Below, piece after piece: positions 59,112 to 64,000 of a DNA stretch of 64,000 bases (position 1 is its first letter; each line of letters opens with the position of its first letter). The stretch comes from Reyranella sp. (GTDB lineage: Bacteria; Pseudomonadota; Alphaproteobacteria; Reyranellales; Reyranellaceae): positions 14,499 through 78,498 of the forward strand of contig DASRFX010000131.1 in assembly GCA_035651335.1 (NCBI GenBank). The letters are read 5' to 3'. Position numbers and translations under genes: made by a program. The notes below the pieces were generated by a model that was given only the letters and a program-made list of their open reading frames with translations, was not told the DNA's origin and did not search any database.

Positions 59112-59149
59112 AGGGACATAACGCGCCTGTTCATTGATACGGGGCGAAT

Positions 59150-59168
59150 TTGTTTGATCCCCAAACAA
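59150..59168. promoter_or_regulatory. Putative MarR operator in the divergent promoter
   Basis: TTGTTTG-ATCCC-CAAACAA inverted repeat in the 78-bp gap between the reductase gene and marR. Confidence 0.6.
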
Positions 59169-59189
59169 TCTCGATTTACCACTGACAGC

Positions 59190-59654
59190 ATGACCCGTCC
59201 ACCCGCCAAACCGCTCGACCGGGGAGTGCTGCCGACCCTGCTCGGCTATGCGCTGCGGCGGGCGCAATCGGCCGTGTTCAGCGATTTCGCCGCCACCTTT
59301 GCCCGGACCGGCGAGGCACTGACGCCGGGCGAGTTCGGCCTGCTGGTGCTAGTCGAGCGCAATGCGGGTTTGTCGCAGATGGCGCTTGCGCGGGCGCTCG
59401 GCATCGACCGCTCGACCCTGGTGCCGATCCTGAACCGGCTGCAGGCAAGGGGCTTCCTGGTGCGCCGGTCGTCGCCGACGGACGGACGCACGCACGCACT
59501 CGGGCTGACGCCTTCCGGCGAAAAGGCGTTGGCGCGGTTTGCCAAGCTGGTTCGCGCCCACGAGAAGCGCATCGCAGCCGGCCTTTCGGTTGCCGAAACC
59601 CGCACGCTGATCGAGCTGCTCGACAAGGTGCGTCAGTCGGCGCGCCCTTTATAA
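59190..59654 (+). CDS. MarR family transcriptional regulator
   Basis: LGYALRRAQ, GLSQ..LA..LGIDRSTLV..L.RL, DGR and LT..G motifs. Confidence 0.93.
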   Translation: MTRPPAKPLDRGVLPTLLGYALRRAQSAVFSDFAATFARTGEALTPGEFGLLVLVERNAGLSQMALARALGIDRSTLVPILNRLQARGFLVRRSSPTDGRTHALGLTPSGEKALARFAKLVRAHEKRIAAGLSVAETRTLIELLDKVRQSARPL

Positions 59655-59663
59655 GAAGAGACG

Positions 59664-60140
59664 ATGACCACGTCCGCCCATCCCGACTTCGCCCATATCG
59701 CGGGCGAGCAATTGACCGACGCCGACCTGCTCAAGCTGATGAGCGCCTCGCCAGGTGAAGCGTCGAAGACGCTGAACGGCGAGCTGCTGGAAATCGACAG
59801 CACGCGCGGCATCAGCCGCTGGCGCTTCGAGATCGTGCCGGCCTTCTGCCACTCGCAGGGCAAGATTTGCCAAGGCGGCTTCCTGACCGGCATGGTCGAT
59901 ACGGCGATGGCGGCGGCGGCGATCGCCCGAGGCAAGCTCGTGGTCGCCGTGCCGACGCTCGAGGTGAAGGTGAGCTTCTTCGAGGCGGCGGGCCCGGGCG
60001 TCGTTCATGCCGAAGGCCGCGTGCTGCGCTGGGGCGGCTCGGTCGGTTTTCTCGACGGCGAAATCAAGGACGAGAAGGGCCGGCTGATCGTGCACGCCAC
60101 CTCGACCGTGAAGATCGTCAGGCCGAAGAAGACCCTTTAG
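59664..60140 (+). CDS. PaaI family (hotdog) thioesterase
   Basis: G.CQGGFLTGMVD, TLEVKVSF and EGRV...G motifs. Confidence 0.87.
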   Translation: MTTSAHPDFAHIAGEQLTDADLLKLMSASPGEASKTLNGELLEIDSTRGISRWRFEIVPAFCHSQGKICQGGFLTGMVDTAMAAAAIARGKLVVAVPTLEVKVSFFEAAGPGVVHAEGRVLRWGGSVGFLDGEIKDEKGRLIVHATSTVKIVRPKKTL

Positions 60141-60738
60141 CCTTCAGCCGCTCGATTTCCTCCTCGAGCTCCTTGATGCGGGCGACGAGCTTGTTGATCG
60201 CCGGCGCCATCTCGGCCTCGCTGTAGCGCGCCTGGATGTGCTGCTGGCAGTTGACGTCCCACGCCTCGAGCGCGAACACGATGGCGCGCTGCGGCCGCGC
60301 CCTTTGCTCCTTCACGTAGGCAGGGTCGACCAGCCGCTCCATCAGCGCCGGGTCGTTCTCGACCACACGGGCGCGTCCCCACAGCTTGACCCGCTGCCTG
60401 GTGGCGAAGTGCAGGATGAAGATGTGCGCGCGGTCGTTTTCCCTGAGATGGCCGAGCGAGATGTATTGCCGATTGCCGGCGAAGTCGGCGAAGGCGAGCG
60501 TCTTGCTGTCGAGGACCTTGAGGAAGCCTGGCGGGCCGCCGCGATGCTGGATGTATGGCCGGCCGTCGGCGCTGGCCGTCGCAAAGAAGAAGGTGTCGAT
60601 GGCGTCGATGAACTGCGTCAGGTTCTGGTTGATCTCGGTCGCCCATTCGCGCTCTTCGAAGCCCGAGCGTGAGCCCAGACGTTCCTGCTCCGCCTTGACC
60701 GAGGGCGAGAACAGGACGTCTGCGGGCTTGTCTGTCAT
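60118..60738 (-). CDS. Pyridoxamine 5'-phosphate oxidase-like FMN-binding protein
   Basis: PYIQHRGGPPGFL, DFAGNRQYIS.G and DVNCQQHI motifs. Confidence 0.88.
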   Translation of the reverse strand: MTDKPADVLFSPSVKAEQERLGSRSGFEEREWATEINQNLTQFIDAIDTFFFATASADGRPYIQHRGGPPGFLKVLDSKTLAFADFAGNRQYISLGHLRENDRAHIFILHFATRQRVKLWGRARVVENDPALMERLVDPAYVKEQRARPQRAIVFALEAWDVNCQQHIQARYSEAEMAPAINKLVARIKELEEEIERLKAKGSSSA

Positions 60739-61601
60739 TAGTCCAGCTTCTTGCCGAGTTTGCCGGCCACTTCCTGGATGAATTGCCAAGCGACGCGGCC
60801 CGAGCGTGAGCCGCGCGTCACCGACCATTCGACCGCTTGCTTGCGCAGTTCCTCGATGGGCACGCCCAGTCCGTAGTGCCGCGCGTAGCCCTCGATCATG
60901 GCGAAGAAGGTGTCCTGATCGGCGTTGTGGAAGCCAAGCCACAGGCCGAAGCGATCCGACAGCGAGACTTTCTCTTCGACGGCCTCGGACGGATTGATGG
61001 CGGTCGAGCGTTCGTTCTCGATCATGTCACGCGGCATCAGGTGCCGGCGGTTGGAGGTGGCGTAGAACAGGACGTTGTCGGGCCGGCCCTCGATGCCGCC
61101 CTCGAGCACGGCCTTCAGCGATTTGTAGGCGGCATCCTGGCCGTCGAAGGAAAGATCGTCGCAGAACACCACGAAGCGCCGCTTGCTGTCGCGGATGCGG
61201 GCGAGCAGGGCGGGCAGCGAGGGAATGTCCTCGCGATGGATCTCGACGAGGGCGAGCGGGCCGGGCGGGCCGCCCAGCTCGCGGTTCACGTGGGCATGCA
61301 CCGCCTTGACGAGCGAGCTCTTGCCCGCGCCGCGCGAGCCCCACAGCAGCGCGTTATTGGCCGGCAGGCCGTTGGCGAAGCGGCGCGTGTTCTCGAGCAG
61401 CGTGGCCTTCTGGCTGTCGACGCCCTTGAGCAGGTCGATGTCGACACGATTGACGCGGGGCACCGCTTCGAGACGCCGGCCCGCTGCGTGCCATATATAA
61501 GCCTCGGCCGCGTCCATGTCGGCGCTTGCCGGCGCCGGCGGCGCCACCCGGTCGAGCGCTTCGGCGACGCGTGAAAGCAGGGTCCTAAGGTCTTGATCCA
61601 T
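60738..61601 (-). CDS. DUF815 family AAA+ ATP-binding protein
   Basis: PANNALLWGSRGAGKSS, FCDDLSF, YATSNRRHL, EEKVSLSDRFGL and RSGRVA motifs. Confidence 0.93.
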   Translation of the reverse strand: MDQDLRTLLSRVAEALDRVAPPAPASADMDAAEAYIWHAAGRRLEAVPRVNRVDIDLLKGVDSQKATLLENTRRFANGLPANNALLWGSRGAGKSSLVKAVHAHVNRELGGPPGPLALVEIHREDIPSLPALLARIRDSKRRFVVFCDDLSFDGQDAAYKSLKAVLEGGIEGRPDNVLFYATSNRRHLMPRDMIENERSTAINPSEAVEEKVSLSDRFGLWLGFHNADQDTFFAMIEGYARHYGLGVPIEELRKQAVEWSVTRGSRSGRVAWQFIQEVAGKLGKKLD

Positions 61602-61719
61602 CGTTGCCCGGGCCAAAGAAGGGGGCGACCATATCGCCCATGGCTCGCGTTGCAAAGCGGCCCCGGGCGGCTATAGTCCGCGCGCTTTTCGGGGGCCGAA
61701 AGCAGAATCGGAGCGAAAG

Positions 61720-62148
61720 ATGTTCATTTCCCAGGCTTGGGCGCAGAGCGCCGGCGCAGGCAGCTCGGACTTCCTCGTGCAGCTCTTCCCGCTCGTCCTC
61801 ATCTTCATCGTCTTCTACTTCCTGCTGATCCGTCCGCAGCAGAGCAAGATGAAGCAGCAGAAGGAGATGCTGGCCGGCGTCAAGCGCGGCGACCGCGTCG
61901 TCACCGGCGGCGGCTTCATCGGCCTGGTCACCAAGGTGATCGGCGACAACGAGCTGCAGGTCGAGATCGCCGAGGGCGTGCGCGTGCGCGTGATCAAGCA
62001 GACGATCACCGACATCATCACGCGCGGCGAATCGGTGCGCGGCGGCAAGGAGTCGGAGGACGACGAGAAACCGATGCTGCCGCAGGCGGACAAGGCGCAG
62101 GCGGGCGAGAGGAAGAGCCTGCTCGGCAGCCTGTTCGGCAAGAAGTAG
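61720..62148 (+). CDS. yajC: Preprotein translocase subunit YajC
   Basis: FYFLLIRPQ and GDRVVT.GG motifs; upstream of secD. Confidence 0.95.
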   Translation: MFISQAWAQSAGAGSSDFLVQLFPLVLIFIVFYFLLIRPQQSKMKQQKEMLAGVKRGDRVVTGGGFIGLVTKVIGDNELQVEIAEGVRVRVIKQTITDIITRGESVRGGKESEDDEKPMLPQADKAQAGERKSLLGSLFGKK

Positions 62149-62171
62149 CTCCGGTCCAGTCGCAAGCGATC

Positions 62172-63845
62172 ATGCTCAATCTTCCGCGCTGGCAGACCCT
62201 CGCCATCATCATCGTCACGGCGCTCGCCGGTATCTTCGCGCTGCCCAACATCCTGCCCGATTCGGTCGATAACCTGCTGCCCAAGTGGTATTCGCAGAAC
62301 CGCATCAATCTCGGCCTCGATCTGCGCGGCGGCGCGCACTTCCTGCTCGAAGCCGATCTGCGCGGCGTCATGAACGAGCGCCTGACCAATCTCGCGGATT
62401 CGCTGCGCGGCGAGTTCCGTAAGCAGCAGGTGGGCTACAAGAGCATCGACGTCGACCAGGGCAAGCAGGTGGTCGTGGTGCTGCGCGACGCCGGCCAGCG
62501 CGCCAAGGCGCTCGAGGCGATCCGCGCGGTCGACGCCACGATGGCGGTGGGCGGCGACGGCGACGCCATCACGCTCGCCTACCAGGGCCAGGAGCTGTTC
62601 AAGAAGCGACAGGAGGTGATCGACCAGTCGATCGAGATCCTGCGCCGGCGCGTCGACGAAACCGGCACGATCGAGCCGACCATCGTGCGCGAGGGCGACG
62701 ACCGCATCCTCCTCCAGGTGCCTGGCATCAAGGACACGACCGAGCTCAAGCGCAAGATCAACCAGACCGCCAAGCTCACCTTCCATCTCGTCGACGAGGC
62801 CACGGCGATGAGCGGCCAGAACGTGCCCGCGGTGCTGCCGCCGACCACGATGCTGGTGCCGACGCGCGAGGGCATGGCGGCGCTGCGCGCCAACAATCCC
62901 AAGGCGTTCGAGCAGATTCAGTCGGCCAACCCGAAGATGACGCCGGAGCAGATATGCCGGCGCTTCCAGCCGCCCTGCCTGCCGGTGTTCAAGCGCGTGA
63001 TCGTGGGTGGCGAGGATCTCGACGACGCCAAGTCGACGTTCGAGAACCAGCAGAACGGCGGCCGGCCGATCATCGCCTTCACCTTCAATTCGGCAGGTGG
63101 GCGGTCGTTCTGCGCTGCCACACGCGCCAACATCGGCAAGCGGCTGGCGATCCAGCTCGACAACGAGATCATCAGCGCCCCAGTGGTGCAAAGCGCGATC
63201 TGCGGCGGCTCGGGCATCATCACCGGCCAGTTCACCACCCAGCAGACGCAGGAGCAGGCGCTGCTGCTGCGCTCGGGCGCGCTGCCCGCCACGCTCACCA
63301 TCATCGAGGAGCGCACGGTGGGCGCCGATCTCGGCGCCGACGCCATCCATGCCGGCACGGTGGCCGCGGTGGTCGGCACGGCGCTGGTCGTGCTCTTCAT
63401 GCTGGCGACCTACGGGCCGACCTTCGGCGGCTTCGCCTCGCTCGCCATGATCGTGAACCTGCTGCTGGTGCTGGCCGGCATGTCGATCCTCGGAGCGTCG
63501 CTCACCTTGCCCGGCATAGCGGGTCTCGTGCTGACCGTCGGCATGTCGGTCGATTCGAACGTGCTGATCTACGAGCGCGTGCGCGAGGAGAAGGCGGCCG
63601 GCCGCTCGCCCTTCAGTGCGCTTGCGACAGGCTATGAGCGGGCATTGACCGCGGTCATCGACTCCAACCTGACCGCGCTGATCGCGGGGGTGCTGCTGTT
63701 CGGCTTCGGCTCGGGCCCGATCCGGGGCTTTGCCACCTCGCTGTCGCTCGGTCTCGTCACGCACCTGTTCACCGCCACGGTCTTCACCCGCATGCTGCTC
63801 GCCGCCTGGGTGCGCTGGCGGCGGCCGACCGCGCTTCCTATCTGA
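62172..63845 (+). CDS. secD: Protein translocase subunit SecD
   Basis: LGLDLRGG, RRRVDE, LLRSGALPA, LTLPGIAGLVLTVGMSVDSNVLIYER and GPIRGFA motifs. Confidence 0.96.
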   Translation: MLNLPRWQTLAIIIVTALAGIFALPNILPDSVDNLLPKWYSQNRINLGLDLRGGAHFLLEADLRGVMNERLTNLADSLRGEFRKQQVGYKSIDVDQGKQVVVVLRDAGQRAKALEAIRAVDATMAVGGDGDAITLAYQGQELFKKRQEVIDQSIEILRRRVDETGTIEPTIVREGDDRILLQVPGIKDTTELKRKINQTAKLTFHLVDEATAMSGQNVPAVLPPTTMLVPTREGMAALRANNPKAFEQIQSANPKMTPEQICRRFQPPCLPVFKRVIVGGEDLDDAKSTFENQQNGGRPIIAFTFNSAGGRSFCAATRANIGKRLAIQLDNEIISAPVVQSAICGGSGIITGQFTTQQTQEQALLLRSGALPATLTIIEERTVGADLGADAIHAGTVAAVVGTALVVLFMLATYGPTFGGFASLAMIVNLLLVLAGMSILGASLTLPGIAGLVLTVGMSVDSNVLIYERVREEKAAGRSPFSALATGYERALTAVIDSNLTALIAGVLLFGFGSGPIRGFATSLSLGLVTHLFTATVFTRMLLAAWVRWRRPTALPI

Positions 63846-63855
63846 GGGCGGCGAC

Positions 63856-64000
63856 ATGCTGTGGAAACCGATCCGCCTCGTTCCCGCCCACACGACCTTC
63901 GACTTCATGGGCAAGCGCAAGATTGCGCTCGTCCTGTCGACGCTGATCAACGTGCTGTCGCTGGTCGGCGTGTTCGCCATCGGGCTCAATTTCGGCATCG
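63856..64000 (+). CDS. secF: Protein translocase subunit SecF, 3'-truncated by the window edge
   Basis: MLWKPIRLVP...FDFMGKRK...GLNFGI directly after secD. Confidence 0.9.
   Translation, partial: MLWKPIRLVPAHTTFDFMGKRKIALVLSTLINVLSLVGVFAIGLNFGI

Overview
64 kb of chromosomal DNA from a high-GC bacterium, very probably an alphaproteobacterium; gene content and style suggest a Reyranella-like organism (inference). It runs from the 3' part of gltD to yajC-secD-secF(5'). It holds about 60 genes, mostly metabolic or transport: acyl-CoA dehydrogenase, two crotonases, three luciferase-like monooxygenases, VOC proteins, GST, nitronate monooxygenase, folM-like/folB, fdtA/fdtB-like and rfbB sugar genes, an aapJ-aapJ-aapQMP amino-acid ABC locus, a TRAP transporter, M20/M23/M81 peptidases and cbpA-cbpM. 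I recognised no rRNA, tRNA, CRISPR array, integrase or transposase. Main leads: (1) a MarR-associated cluster at 55.9-60.1 kb with a stand-alone 234-aa PaaA-type di-iron protein that keeps all iron ligands, a 2Fe-2S/FAD reductase, an SDR, an unknown protein and a PaaI thioesterase, but no PaaB/C/D: a candidate minimal acyl/aryl-CoA epoxidase; (2) a small WYL-like gene whose TGA falls where I recall homologs having Cys and is followed by a SECIS-like hairpin: candidate selenoprotein or nonsense allele; (3) a stand-alone A-PCP-TE NRPS-like enzyme with a Cys-nucleophile thioesterase; (4) a 524-aa unknown protein with four spaced His motifs; (5) a seven-copy GTCTCA cluster and several long intergenic hairpins. 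All calls come from reading the sequence and motif recall; no searches were run.
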